From the NCBI GenBank assembly GCA_017466625.1, contig JAFTTT010000002.1, positions 1-53,184 of the forward strand: a stretch of DNA of 53,184 nucleotides. Reading direction: 5' to 3'. The stretch is from Clostridia bacterium (GTDB taxonomy: Bacteria > Bacillota > Clostridia > Oscillospirales > CAG-272). Every line of letters begins with the position of its first letter. Positions within the stretch are counted from its first letter, which is position 1. The position numbers and the translations under genes are program-made. A model generated the notes under the pieces. The model had not been told where the DNA came from, searched no databases, and was given only the letters and a program-made list of their open reading frames with translations. Below are positions 35,917-45,356 of this stretch, one piece after another.

Positions 35917-35965
35917 AAGGAACTTTTTTCAAAAAGTTCCTTGCGGGGTGCGGGGCGGCGCCCCG
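35917..35965. repeat. 26-nt AT-rich palindrome followed by a GC-rich tract
   Basis: AAGGAACTTTTT-TC-AAAAAGTTCCTT, then GCGGGGTGCGGGGCGGCGCCCCG directly after the stop at 35968. Confidence 0.5.
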
Positions 35966-35967
35966 TC

Positions 35968-36696
35968 TTACTTGTAATTCTTCAAATAATCAACCTGTGC
36001 GCGCGTTAAGCGCTTCCAGGTTCCCGATTTGAGGTTGCCGAGGGTGATGGCGCCGATGGCGATACGGCGGAGCGAGGTAACTGTAAGTCCGAGCTGCTCG
36101 CACATTTTGCGGATCTGGCGGTTTCTGCCCTCGTAGAGCGTGATGCCGATCGAGCTTTCCTCCTCGCGGAGCGAAAGGATCTTCGCCTCTGCGGGAACGG
36201 TCTCGTAGCCGTCTATCCTCATCGGCTTATTCAGCTTTTTGAGCTGCTCCTCCGTGACCTTGCCCTTGACCTTGACTGTGTAAAGCTTCGGGATATGGTG
36301 CGCGGGGTGCATCAGTTTGTTTGCAAGCTCGCCGTCGTTCGTCATTATGAGAAGTCCCTCGGAATCGAGGTCAAGCCGTCCGCAGGGATAAACGCGCTCG
36401 CCGACGTCAGAGACAAGCGAAGCAACGCACTTGCGTCCGAGCTCGTCATTCATCGTCGTAACGTATCCGCGCGGCTTGTTCAGCATTATGTAAACGAATC
36501 TCTTGACTCTTGGCATCTCGACCGGCTTGCCGAGATATTCGACGCGGTCGACACCGGGAATTATCTTTCTTCCCTGCTCGACGCGCTCGCCGTTGACCTT
36601 GATGCGTCCTGCCTGTATTTCTTCCTCCGCCTTGCGTCTTGACATAAGACCGCAGTCGGCAACATATTTTTGTACTCTTATTTCGTTAGTATCCAT
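35968..36696 (-). CDS. pseudouridine synthase, RsuA/RluB family
   Basis: 242 aa; N-terminal S4 domain (RVQKYVADCGLMSRRKAEE); catalytic block GRLDLDSEGLL. Confidence 0.85.
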   Translation of the reverse strand: MDTNEIRVQKYVADCGLMSRRKAEEEIQAGRIKVNGERVEQGRKIIPGVDRVEYLGKPVEMPRVKRFVYIMLNKPRGYVTTMNDELGRKCVASLVSDVGERVYPCGRLDLDSEGLLIMTNDGELANKLMHPAHHIPKLYTVKVKGKVTEEQLKKLNKPMRIDGYETVPAEAKILSLREEESSIGITLYEGRNRQIRKMCEQLGLTVTSLRRIAIGAITLGNLKSGTWKRLTRAQVDYLKNYK

Positions 36697-36737
36697 GTTT
36701 TTATCCTAAACATTCAAAATCATAGGGCGTAGATCTA

Positions 36738-36864
36738 CCTTCTCCTGAGGGAGAAGGGGGACCACAAAGTGGTGGATGAGGAGTAAGTTCACTTTTTAGA
36801 CACCTCATCCGACTTCGCTTCGCTCGAGGCTTTGCCTCTTGCGCCATTCTCCCGCTGGAGAAGG
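36738..36864 (+). repeat. GC-rich structured intergenic module, copy C (compact)
   Basis: terminal hairpins CCTTCTCC-TGAG-GGAGAAGG (36738-36757) and CCATTCTCC-CGCT-GGAGAAGG (36844-36864); inner GGATGAGG and CACCTCATCC arms as in copy B. Confidence 0.6.
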
Positions 36865-36883
36865 CATTTATTTAACACTCCTA

Positions 36884-38011
36884 TTACCTAAACAGCCCCA
36901 AAAGCCACTGCCAGAAGGTCCTTTTGACCTTTCTTTTCGGCGCGTCGGTCTGTGCCTCTATCGGCAGTGACGCGACCTCGTTTTCGCCGTTCATAAACAC
37001 GGCTCTGCCGATAACGTCACCCTTTTTAACGGGTGCAAAGACGAACTGCGGAAGCTCGATCACAACGCGGAGCTCGCCCGCGTCATTCTGCAAAACCGCA
37101 GAGGTTTCCCCAACCGCGCAGTATTTTATCATCGACTCCGTCGCACCGACGGTAGGCAAATAGCCCTCAATTCCGCCCCCGCTTATCTTCACGCGCTTGA
37201 CCGACGAAAAGCCATTGTCAAGCATCCTTTTATGGTCGCTCCAGTCGTTCGGCGCGTTAAGCGTCACGGCGATAAGCGTAACTCCGTCACGCTCCGCGGC
37301 GCTGACAAGACACCGCCCGTCCTTCTTCGTAAATCCCGTCTTGACGCCAATGCAGCCCTCGTAGGCCCTCAAAAGCCGATTATGGTTTACGACGAGTCGT
37401 CTGTCAGGCACGTTCCCGAGCGGAAGCAGCTTCTTATAGGTCGAAACTATCTCGCGGAAGACCTCGTTCTTCAGCGCCTCGGCGGTAATCAGCGCAAGCT
37501 CGCGCGCGGTCGTATAATGCTCGTCGCTATCAAGCCCGTGAGGATTGTCGAAATGGGTATCGGTAAGTCCCATTTCTTCCGCCTTTTCGTTCATCATCTC
37601 GGAAAAATCCGATACCGAACCGCCAACCGCAATGGCTATCGCCGCGGCGGCATCGTTCGCGCTCCGAAGCATCAAGGCATACAGAAGCTCGCGGAGCGTC
37701 AAGGTCTCGCCCTCGGTAAGATATACCGACGAGCCCTCGATCCCGACGGCCTCCATCGGAATTTTGACCGACATATCGAGGTCGGCGTTTTCAAGCGCGA
37801 CAAGCGCCGTCATGATCTTCGTCGTGCTCGCCATAGGGCGCCGTTTGTCGGCGTCCTTTTCGTACAGAACACGTCCGCTTTCGGCCTCGATAAGCACCGC
37901 GCTCGACGCGGAAACGCTTATATCAAGCCCCTCGGCGCATACCGAAAACGGCACAAAAATGCCTATAAAAATTGCAGTTATGATGCAAAACAAAACCGTT
38001 TTTCTAAACAT
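36884..38011 (-). CDS. D-alanyl-D-alanine carboxypeptidase (serine-type, S11 family)
   Basis: start ATG 38011 after GGAGGG; signal/TM segment; active-site motifs ASTTK, SANDAA and KTG. Confidence 0.85.
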   Translation of the reverse strand: MFRKTVLFCIITAIFIGIFVPFSVCAEGLDISVSASSAVLIEAESGRVLYEKDADKRRPMASTTKIMTALVALENADLDMSVKIPMEAVGIEGSSVYLTEGETLTLRELLYALMLRSANDAAAAIAIAVGGSVSDFSEMMNEKAEEMGLTDTHFDNPHGLDSDEHYTTARELALITAEALKNEVFREIVSTYKKLLPLGNVPDRRLVVNHNRLLRAYEGCIGVKTGFTKKDGRCLVSAAERDGVTLIAVTLNAPNDWSDHKRMLDNGFSSVKRVKISGGGIEGYLPTVGATESMIKYCAVGETSAVLQNDAGELRVVIELPQFVFAPVKKGDVIGRAVFMNGENEVASLPIEAQTDAPKRKVKRTFWQWLLGLFR

Positions 38012-38063
38012 ATATTCATCCCTCCGTTGGGAAAATATATGCCCAAAACGCACGTTTTACGCC

Positions 38064-38630
38064 TTATTTAGCTTTTTTAGCTGCCTTTTTTGCCGCTTTT
38101 TTGTCCTCTTTTTCCTGCTCTGCCTCTGCCTTTTCGTCAAGCTCCTTTTCAAGCTCTTCGATCTCGCTTTCGAGCTCCTCGTCGTCAAGAGCCGTCTCGG
38201 GCTCCTTCTTTGCGAAGATGTTCTTGATCTTCTCGATGGTCTCGGGCGCCTTGTCTATAAGTCCCGTTATCGAGTCGATGGTGTTTACTGCGGGAGCCGC
38301 AATGGGGCTCGTTATGTTGAGAGTCGTTACCTTTCCGTCCTTGTCGATGACGAGGAAGCAGATAGGAGTAACGGCAATACCCGTTCCGCCGCCACCGCCG
38401 AAGCAGGGAGAGGAGGGCTTGACGGCTCTGTTCTGCGCGTCCTTATCGCCGCTCTTCGGAATATAATCAACGCCGCCCGACGCGTAACCGACCGAGACCT
38501 TCGATACGGGAATGATGACCGTACCGTTATTGGTGCTTATCGGCTCGCCGAGTACCGTTCCCGAATCTGCGACCGTGCGTATTCCCTCAAGGGACTTTTT
38601 AATTACTTCGCTCAAATTATTTTCTGCCAT
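38064..38630 (-). CDS. ytfJ: GerW/YtfJ family sporulation protein with a charged C-terminal extension
   Basis: 188 aa; block GEPISTNNGTVIIPVSKVSVGYASGG; C-terminal 50 aa are Glu/Lys-rich. Confidence 0.8.
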   Translation of the reverse strand: MAENNLSEVIKKSLEGIRTVADSGTVLGEPISTNNGTVIIPVSKVSVGYASGGVDYIPKSGDKDAQNRAVKPSSPCFGGGGGTGIAVTPICFLVIDKDGKVTTLNITSPIAAPAVNTIDSITGLIDKAPETIEKIKNIFAKKEPETALDDEELESEIEELEKELDEKAEAEQEKEDKKAAKKAAKKAK

Positions 38631-38631
38631 T

Positions 38632-39414
38632 TTATACCTCCGTACCTGCTTTTGCAGGATTATTTTCTTTATTTTTCTTGGGCTTGCGCTTCGGCACCTT
38701 TAGGTAACCGAACAGTCCCGTCAGACCTACCGACGCTACGTGCCAGACCTTGATCCTGAACGCTATGTGCAGGTCGATTTTCGTTTCGGGCGAGGAAAAA
38801 TCCGCGCCGACGAATATTCTGTTTTCGGTTCTGCCGGGATATTTCATATTTAGATGCCGATCGAATATATTCGTCAGATACGATACGCCCTGACAGATAT
38901 ATCCGTAGGTGATCGCCGTTTTGTCGGGCTCGTCTCCGCCGACAGTCACCCTCAAATGATACAAGCTTATTCTCAAGTGCTTTCCGAATTTTTTCAGCGC
39001 CGTCAGAATCGCCAGACGCACAAGATCCAGAGCATATCTTGCGTTTTCCTTTAGTGTGTACTGCGGCTTTTCTGCTGCTTTACCGTCGGTAATATGCCCC
39101 TTCTTTTTCTTTCGGCGTGATAAGATGAACTTTTTCTGCTCCTTCAGGCGCTGCTTACGGAATTTAGCTATCTTAAAATCCGAAAGCTTTATCGGCTTTT
39201 CCTTTTTCGGTGTCAGCTTAATCTTGACGAACCAGATCTTAAGCGCGACGCAAAGCTCGTCCTTCAGCTTTATATCGACGGTCACCGGAGTGAGCAATAT
39301 GAGCGCAATGAGCGCCGCAATTCCGCCGAATATATAAAGCAATATCATCGGTCCGAAAAGCACCGCCAAAGCCACGAGCAAGGCAATGCCGAGCAGTATG
39401 AATAATATCGTCAT
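38632..39414 (-). CDS. DUF2953 domain protein (YtfI-like)
   Basis: 260 aa; two N-terminal TM helices; conserved position immediately upstream of ytfJ. Confidence 0.6.
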   Translation of the reverse strand: MTILFILLGIALLVALAVLFGPMILLYIFGGIAALIALILLTPVTVDIKLKDELCVALKIWFVKIKLTPKKEKPIKLSDFKIAKFRKQRLKEQKKFILSRRKKKKGHITDGKAAEKPQYTLKENARYALDLVRLAILTALKKFGKHLRISLYHLRVTVGGDEPDKTAITYGYICQGVSYLTNIFDRHLNMKYPGRTENRIFVGADFSSPETKIDLHIAFRIKVWHVASVGLTGLFGYLKVPKRKPKKNKENNPAKAGTEV

Positions 39415-39445
39415 CGCCTCACCCCTTTCGTTAGTTTACGAATTA

Positions 39446-40042
39446 TTACTCTGCCGTTTTACTCTCGGTGTTTTCGGTATTTTCTGTATTTTCTGCGTTC
39501 TCGGTATTCTCTTCCGAACCGCCCTCCGACGTGCTTTCAAGCACCTCGGTCTTGGGCAGCTCCTCGAGCGAGGAAAGTCCGAAGCAACGCAGGAAGGTTT
39601 CGGTCGTTGCGTAAAGATTCGGCTTGCCCGGGACGTCAAGACGTCCTACGACCTCAACGAGCTGCTTTTCGCAAAGTGTCGTAACGGCATAAGAGCTGTC
39701 AACTCCTCTTACCTGCTCGATAAACGACTTCGTTACCGGCTGGTTGTACGCGATTATCGCGAGCGTTTCCATTGAAGAATTGGAAAGGGCGCCGCCGTGA
39801 CGCATACCGAGTGCGGTCTTTACCATGCTTTCGTAAAGCTCGTTCGTACAAAGCTGGCATGAGTCGGAGAAGCAGACGAGGCGTATTCCTCTGTCCTCGT
39901 AAGCAAAAGCGTCGCTTTCGAGTATCTCCTTAAGCTCGTCCACCGTGATCTCAAGCGTTTCTGCTATCTTTTCATATTTTACGGGGAAGCCCGCGGCGAA
40001 GAGTATCGCCTCAATTATCGGTATCAGTTCCCTCTTGTCCAT
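39446..40042 (-). CDS. scpB: segregation and condensation protein B
   Basis: 198 aa; block IIEAILFAAGFPV; follows scpA. Confidence 0.9.
   Translation of the reverse strand: MDKRELIPIIEAILFAAGFPVKYEKIAETLEITVDELKEILESDAFAYEDRGIRLVCFSDSCQLCTNELYESMVKTALGMRHGGALSNSSMETLAIIAYNQPVTKSFIEQVRGVDSSYAVTTLCEKQLVEVVGRLDVPGKPNLYATTETFLRCFGLSSLEELPKTEVLESTSEGGSEENTENAENTENTENTESKTAE
39467..39511 (-). repeat. five tandem 9-nt units encoding the (ENT/ENA)n tail of ScpB
   Basis: GGTGTTTTC GGTATTTTC TGTATTTTC TGCGTTCTC GGTATTCTC on the plus strand; translates as ENTENAENTENTENT. Confidence 0.7.
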
Positions 40043-40793
40043 TGTTCATTACCTCTCTTAAATGAGTCATGCTCAGTGTAAGATACACCGTATCATCCTC
40101 GTTTTCCATAATAACTCTCTGCACCTTGAGAAGCTCAAGCGTTGCCGAGAAGATCGCGATCAACTCGCTTCGCGATCTCGCAGTGAGCAAAATGTCCTCA
40201 AAATTGCTTCGTCCGTGTGAGCGCAGGTACTTCATGACCGTAACTATCTTCGCGGAAACGGGCACGACCTTCGCCGCGAGCAGACGGCGTATCGCCTTTT
40301 CCGACTCTTTTGCGAGCTCCGGCAGACGGCTGTTCTTTATCAGCGCACGCTGCATCGCTCGGCTGAGCAGGTCAATATCGATATGCTCGGGAAGATCGGA
40401 GCGAGTGTCAAGCACCTCGGGCTCCTTCGCGATCCTTCCCGCGTAAAGGGCGTACTGATCGTGAAGATAGACCGACGCCTCCTTTGCCCTCTTGTATTCG
40501 ATAAGAGCGCGGGCAAGGACTGCACGCGGGTCTTCCTCCTCAATTCCCTCTATCTGCGGCTTCGGAAGCAGCATTCGGCTCTTTATAAGCATAAGGTCTG
40601 CCGCCATGACGATAAACTCGCCCGCGATCTCCATATCCATCTCACGCATCATATCGAGATACTCAAGATACTGATCGAGTATGAGCGCGATCGGGATATC
40701 GTAGATATCGACCTTGTTTTTTGTTATGAGCCCGAGAAGGAGGTCAAGAGGACCGTCGTATATCTCAAGATGAAAGCTTAATTCGTTACTCAT
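40011..40793 (-). CDS. scpA: segregation and condensation protein A
   Basis: 260 aa; N-terminal block YDGPLDLLLGLITKNKVDIYDIPIA. Confidence 0.9.
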   Translation of the reverse strand: MSNELSFHLEIYDGPLDLLLGLITKNKVDIYDIPIALILDQYLEYLDMMREMDMEIAGEFIVMAADLMLIKSRMLLPKPQIEGIEEEDPRAVLARALIEYKRAKEASVYLHDQYALYAGRIAKEPEVLDTRSDLPEHIDIDLLSRAMQRALIKNSRLPELAKESEKAIRRLLAAKVVPVSAKIVTVMKYLRSHGRSNFEDILLTARSRSELIAIFSATLELLKVQRVIMENEDDTVYLTLSMTHLREVMNNGQEGTDTDN

Positions 40794-41488
40794 AAATACG
40801 GAACCAATCCAAATATAAAGTCAAAAAGATTCATTATTCCTCCTCTTATCAGATCGAGGGGATAATCGAGTATTCCCGTGAAGAGAAGCACCATCGTTAT
40901 CATCATTATCTGTCTTTCGTAACGCATGACGCCGAAATAGTACTTGTCGGGAAGCAAAAAGTAAAAGACGCGCGATCCGTCAAACGGCGGAACGGGAATG
41001 AGGTTGAACACCGCAAGCGAGATGTTCAGTATCTCGAAAATATAGAAGAAGGCGTAGATTATCGAAAACGCCTTAAGCGACGTCGGATTTATTGCCGACG
41101 GAGGAAGCGCGTAGGCGTATATCGCTATCGTTGCTCTGCGCAAAAGAGACGCGGTAAACGCGATAATAAGGTTGGACACAGGTCCCGCCAGGCCAACGAG
41201 CGCCATTCCCTTTTTCGGGTTCTTGAAGTATCGCGGATCTATCGGCACCGGCTTTGCCCAGCCGATACCGAACAGGAGCATAGACACCGTTCCCATCGGG
41301 TCGAGATGCGACAGCGGATTAAACGTCAGACGGCCCATGTATTCTGCAGTCGGGTCGCCGAGCTTTTTCGCCATCCATCCGTGAGCAAGCTCGTGGATAA
41401 CGAGCGATATAAGGACTACAGGAAAGGTAAGGAGTATCCAGAGGAAATCGTCGGCTGTTACTCCGTTCCTTAACAGATCGAAAATCAT
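40790..41488 (-). CDS. site-2 protease (M50) family membrane metalloprotease
   Basis: 232 aa; HELAHG zinc motif inside a TM helix. Confidence 0.8.
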   Translation of the reverse strand: MIFDLLRNGVTADDFLWILLTFPVVLISLVIHELAHGWMAKKLGDPTAEYMGRLTFNPLSHLDPMGTVSMLLFGIGWAKPVPIDPRYFKNPKKGMALVGLAGPVSNLIIAFTASLLRRATIAIYAYALPPSAINPTSLKAFSIIYAFFYIFEILNISLAVFNLIPVPPFDGSRVFYFLLPDKYYFGVMRYERQIMMITMVLLFTGILDYPLDLIRGGIMNLFDFIFGLVPYL

Positions 41489-41491
41489 TTA

Positions 41492-42067
41492 TCAGTTCTC
41501 CAAAAATTCAAAGAGCGTTTTCCAAAGCTCGTCTTTTCCGATACCCTTAAGCGAGGAGAACGGAATGACAGGGCCGAGCTTACTCAGCTCTTCCTTATTG
41601 GCGTTGAAATCCGTCTTATTTAATTTATCGCATTTGGTTGCGACGATGACGTAAGGCGTCTCGCTCTCGTCGAGCCAGTCGAGCATCATATAGTCGTCCT
41701 CTGTCGGACCTACCTTCATATCGATAAGCTGGAGTATAAGACGCTTTTGTGCGGGGCTTGAAAGGAAGTTATCGGTCAGCGCCGACCATCTTTTCTTGTC
41801 CTTGAAGTCTCTTTTCGCGTAGCCGTAGCCGGGGATATCGACGAACCATAGCTTCTTGTCGATATCGTAGAAGTTTACAGTTATCGTCTTGCCGGGTGCG
41901 GAGCTGACTCTTGCGAGGTTCTTTCTACCGAGAAGCGTATTTATAAGCGAGCTTTTTCCGACATTCGAGCGTCCCGAGAAAACTATCTGCGGACGGCTGT
42001 CACGCGGAAACTGAGAAACGAGCCCCGCAGTCAGCCCAAGAGAGGAATTTTGAATATTTATCTTCAC
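41492..42067 (-). CDS. engB: ribosome biogenesis GTP-binding protein YsxC/EngB
   Basis: 191 aa; G1 GRSNVGKSS and G3 DIPGYG; follows lon. Confidence 0.9.
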   Translation of the reverse strand: MKINIQNSSLGLTAGLVSQFPRDSRPQIVFSGRSNVGKSSLINTLLGRKNLARVSSAPGKTITVNFYDIDKKLWFVDIPGYGYAKRDFKDKKRWSALTDNFLSSPAQKRLILQLIDMKVGPTEDDYMMLDWLDESETPYVIVATKCDKLNKTDFNANKEELSKLGPVIPFSSLKGIGKDELWKTLFEFLEN

Positions 42068-42079
42068 TTACTTCACCGT

Positions 42080-44416
42080 TTATCTGATTATTGCCGCATT
42101 TAACACCTGGTCAACGCTTGAACAGGGGATAAATTCGAGCGATTCTTTAACGAGAGGATCGATATCGTTTAGATCCTTTTCATTTTCCTTCGGAATACAT
42201 ACCGTCTTCACTCCCGCCTTATACGCCGCCATCGTCTTTTCCTTAAGACCGCCGATCGGAAGCACGCGTCCGCGAAGGGTGACCTCGCCCGTCATCGCGA
42301 GATCGCGTCGGACGGGTCTGCCCGAAAGCTCCGACGCAAGCGCGGTCACGATAGTTACACCTGCAGATGGGCCGTCCTTCGGGATAGCGCCCTCGGGAAC
42401 GTGAATATGTATATCCTTCGTCTTATAGAAGTCGGAATCGACACCGAGCTCTGAGGAATGTGAGCGGATATAGGTTATAGCCGCCTTTGCAGATTCCTTC
42501 ATAACGTCGCCAAGCGAGCCGGTAAGCTCGACCTTGCCGTTACCCGGCATTGCCGCCGCCTCAACACGGAGCAGGTCTCCGCCGACCTCCGTATATGCTA
42601 GACCATTTACCACACCGACCTCGTCGTTTTCGTAAACTGCGTCGGGGGTTATCTTTCGCTGTCCGAGATAGTCCTTGAGGTTCTTCTCGGTTATCTTGAC
42701 CGACTTCACCTCGGTCTCGACCATCTTCTTTGCGACCTTACGGCAAAGAGACGCAAGCTCTCTTTCAAGGTTACGCACGCCTGCTTCTCTCGTGTAGAAG
42801 TCGATAAGCTCGAACACCGCGCCGTCGCTTATCTTAAGCATACGCTTATTGAGACCGTGGCGCTTCATCTGCTTCGGTATAAGGTGATCCTTTGCGATAG
42901 CGAGCTTTTCGTGGCGCGTATAGATCTTAAGCTCGATGACCTCCATTCTGTCGAGAAGCGGACGCGGGATATTGTCGATATCGTTCGCAGTCGCTATGAA
43001 CAGACAGTCGGAAAGGTCAATAGGAAGCTCGACAAAATGGTCGCGGAACGCCTTGTTCTGCTCGCTGTCAAGCACCTCAAGCAGCGCTGACGACGGGTCG
43101 CCGTGGCTGTCTCTTGTCAGCTTATCTATCTCGTCGAGAAGAATTACGGGATTGAGCGTCTGCGCCTGATTTATCGCGGTAACGATTCGTCCCGGCATCG
43201 CCGCAACGTAGGTCTTTCTGTGTCCTCTTATATCCGCCTCGTCACGCACGCCGCCGAGGGAAACTCTTACGTATTCGCGCTTCATCGCTCTTGCGATAGA
43301 CGCGCAGATCGAGGTCTTACCCGTTCCGGGAGGGCCAATTAGGCAAAGTATCTGATTTTTAAGCTCGGGCGTCATCTGCTTAACGGCGATGAACTCGAGT
43401 ATTCTTTCCTTTACCTTGGTAAGACCGTTATGGTCGTCGTCAAGGATCTTTCTTGCGACCTCAACATCGATACGGTCCTTGCTCTTTTTGCCCCAGGGAA
43501 GCTCGAGACAGAGGTCGAGATAGTTTCTCATTACCGAGCTTTCGGCGGAGGTATAAGGCATCTTCGCGAGCTTCTTAACTTCCTTCGTCAGCTTCTCGCG
43601 GACCTCTTTCGGAAGATCGGCTTCTGCGATAAGGTTGTTATACTCGACGATCTCCTCGTCGTCCTCCTCGTCGCCCTCTCCGAGCTCTTCCTTGATTACC
43701 TTTATCTGCTCCTTGAGATAATAGTCGCGCTGGTTGCGGTCAAGGCGCTCACGAACGCGCTTATGTATCTTCATCTCGGTACCGAGTACCTTGCTTTCTC
43801 TTTCCATAAGAAGACAAACGAGCTCTGCTCTCTTGAGCGGATTATACTCCTCAAGCACCGCCTGCTTATCCTTGAAATTGAGAAGCACGTTGCAGGCGAT
43901 AAAGTCTGCAAGCATACCGGGGTTGGTTATCGACTTGAGCGCCGCCACCATTTCGGGCGCGAGCTTCGGAAGAAAGGAAGCAAGCTTCTCGAAGGCATCT
44001 CTCATTTCCATAACGAGTGCTTCGCCATTGATTCCGCCGTCGTTATCGGTCGTTACCGTCTTGCAGAGAAGGGACGCATAAAGACGTCTGTTTTCAAAAT
44101 AGAATTCTTCAACGCTTGCGCGGCAGTATGCGGTCGCAAAGACCTTGAGCGAGCCCTCGGGCAGTCGCACGGTCTGCTTTATCTTCGCCGCACATCCGAC
44201 CTTAAAAAGCGTCTCCGATGTCGGCTCGTCCTCCTTAAGATCGCTCTGCGAAACGAGGAAGATAAGTCCGTCGCCGTTCTCCGCCTCCTCACAAGCGCTC
44301 GCCGCCTTTTCGTCGGTAAGCTCGAAGCTCATAGGTACCGACGGAAACGGTATTATTCCTCTTAAAACTACTACCGGAAGGCGTACCGCCTCCACTTTTT
44401 CTATATATTTCTGCAT
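42080..44416 (-). CDS. lon: endopeptidase La (Lon protease)
   Basis: start ATG 44416 (MQKYIEKVEAVRLPVVVLRG); Walker A GPPGTGKTS; protease block KDGPSAG. Confidence 0.95.
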   Translation of the reverse strand: MQKYIEKVEAVRLPVVVLRGIIPFPSVPMSFELTDEKAASACEEAENGDGLIFLVSQSDLKEDEPTSETLFKVGCAAKIKQTVRLPEGSLKVFATAYCRASVEEFYFENRRLYASLLCKTVTTDNDGGINGEALVMEMRDAFEKLASFLPKLAPEMVAALKSITNPGMLADFIACNVLLNFKDKQAVLEEYNPLKRAELVCLLMERESKVLGTEMKIHKRVRERLDRNQRDYYLKEQIKVIKEELGEGDEEDDEEIVEYNNLIAEADLPKEVREKLTKEVKKLAKMPYTSAESSVMRNYLDLCLELPWGKKSKDRIDVEVARKILDDDHNGLTKVKERILEFIAVKQMTPELKNQILCLIGPPGTGKTSICASIARAMKREYVRVSLGGVRDEADIRGHRKTYVAAMPGRIVTAINQAQTLNPVILLDEIDKLTRDSHGDPSSALLEVLDSEQNKAFRDHFVELPIDLSDCLFIATANDIDNIPRPLLDRMEVIELKIYTRHEKLAIAKDHLIPKQMKRHGLNKRMLKISDGAVFELIDFYTREAGVRNLERELASLCRKVAKKMVETEVKSVKITEKNLKDYLGQRKITPDAVYENDEVGVVNGLAYTEVGGDLLRVEAAAMPGNGKVELTGSLGDVMKESAKAAITYIRSHSSELGVDSDFYKTKDIHIHVPEGAIPKDGPSAGVTIVTALASELSGRPVRRDLAMTGEVTLRGRVLPIGGLKEKTMAAYKAGVKTVCIPKENEKDLNDIDPLVKESLEFIPCSSVDQVLNAAIIR

Positions 44417-44445
44417 TATTGTTTCCTTTTGCCGTTGTGTATAAA

Positions 44446-45258
44446 TTATCCTATGTTTCTGCGCACAAGCTCGATGCCCGTGCATTTTTTGAGCCCGCGG
44501 TCATAGGTGAACACCGCGCCGTTTATCTCACATTCACCCTCGGGCGTTTCGAAGCGCACGGGAAGATGTGTTCGGAACTTCTCTACGACCCTTGAAACGT
44601 CAACGCCGAGTATCGAGTCTATCGGTCCGCACATTCCGAGGTCGGTAAGATACGCCGTCCCCTTCGGGAAGAAGCGCGTGTCTGATGTCTGAACGTGTGT
44701 ATGAGTTCCGAAGATTATATCGATTTTGCCATCGAAATAGTTTGCAATCGCAAGCTTTTCAGACGTTGCCTCGGCGTGAACGTCGAGGATCGAAATATCG
44801 TACTGACCATCGTTTTCACGAAGCATTTTTTCGACTGCCTCAAACGGACACGAAAGCGGATCGAGATACGTCGTTCCAAGCACGTTCATAACGAGAATGC
44901 GAAGCCCGAAGCTCTCGAATATAAAGCTTCCCTTTCCCGGTGTACCGCACGGATAATTGCCCGGGCGTATTATATAGGGATTCTCGTCAATATAGGTCAG
45001 CATCTCGCGCTTTTGGAATATGTGATTTCCCGAGGTAAGCACGTCGATACCGCCTCCGAGGAGCATCTCTGCAGTCGAGCGGTCAAGCCCGTTATGAGAA
45101 GCGGCATTTTCGCCGTTTGCGACCGTAAAATCTATTCCGTATTCACTTTTCAACTTGCTTAAATATCGGCAGACTTTCTCACAAGCCGACACGCCCGTGA
45201 TGTCTCCGAGAGCAAGAATTTTAACCGTATTTGTCTTCAAAGGGCAAATTTCCCCCAT
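44446..45258 (-). CDS. TIGR00282/YmdB-family metallophosphoesterase
   Basis: blocks KILALGDITG, ANGENAA, GNH, GTHTHV; the true start may be TTG 45240 after GGGGGAA. Confidence 0.8.
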   Translation of the reverse strand: MGEICPLKTNTVKILALGDITGVSACEKVCRYLSKLKSEYGIDFTVANGENAASHNGLDRSTAEMLLGGGIDVLTSGNHIFQKREMLTYIDENPYIIRPGNYPCGTPGKGSFIFESFGLRILVMNVLGTTYLDPLSCPFEAVEKMLRENDGQYDISILDVHAEATSEKLAIANYFDGKIDIIFGTHTHVQTSDTRFFPKGTAYLTDLGMCGPIDSILGVDVSRVVEKFRTHLPVRFETPEGECEINGAVFTYDRGLKKCTGIELVRRNIG

Positions 45259-45321
45259 TGTATTGTATAATTATGATTATTATACTATATTTGAGTGAAA
45301 ATGTCAAGGAAATTGAGAATC

Positions 45322-45347
45322 AAAAAAGCCCCCTTTTATGGGGGGCT
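45322..45347 (-). terminator. intrinsic terminator of the YihY-family gene
   Basis: minus strand AGCCCCCC-ATAAAA-GGGGGCT followed by TTTTTT. Confidence 0.8.
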
Positions 45348-45356
45348 GAACAACGT

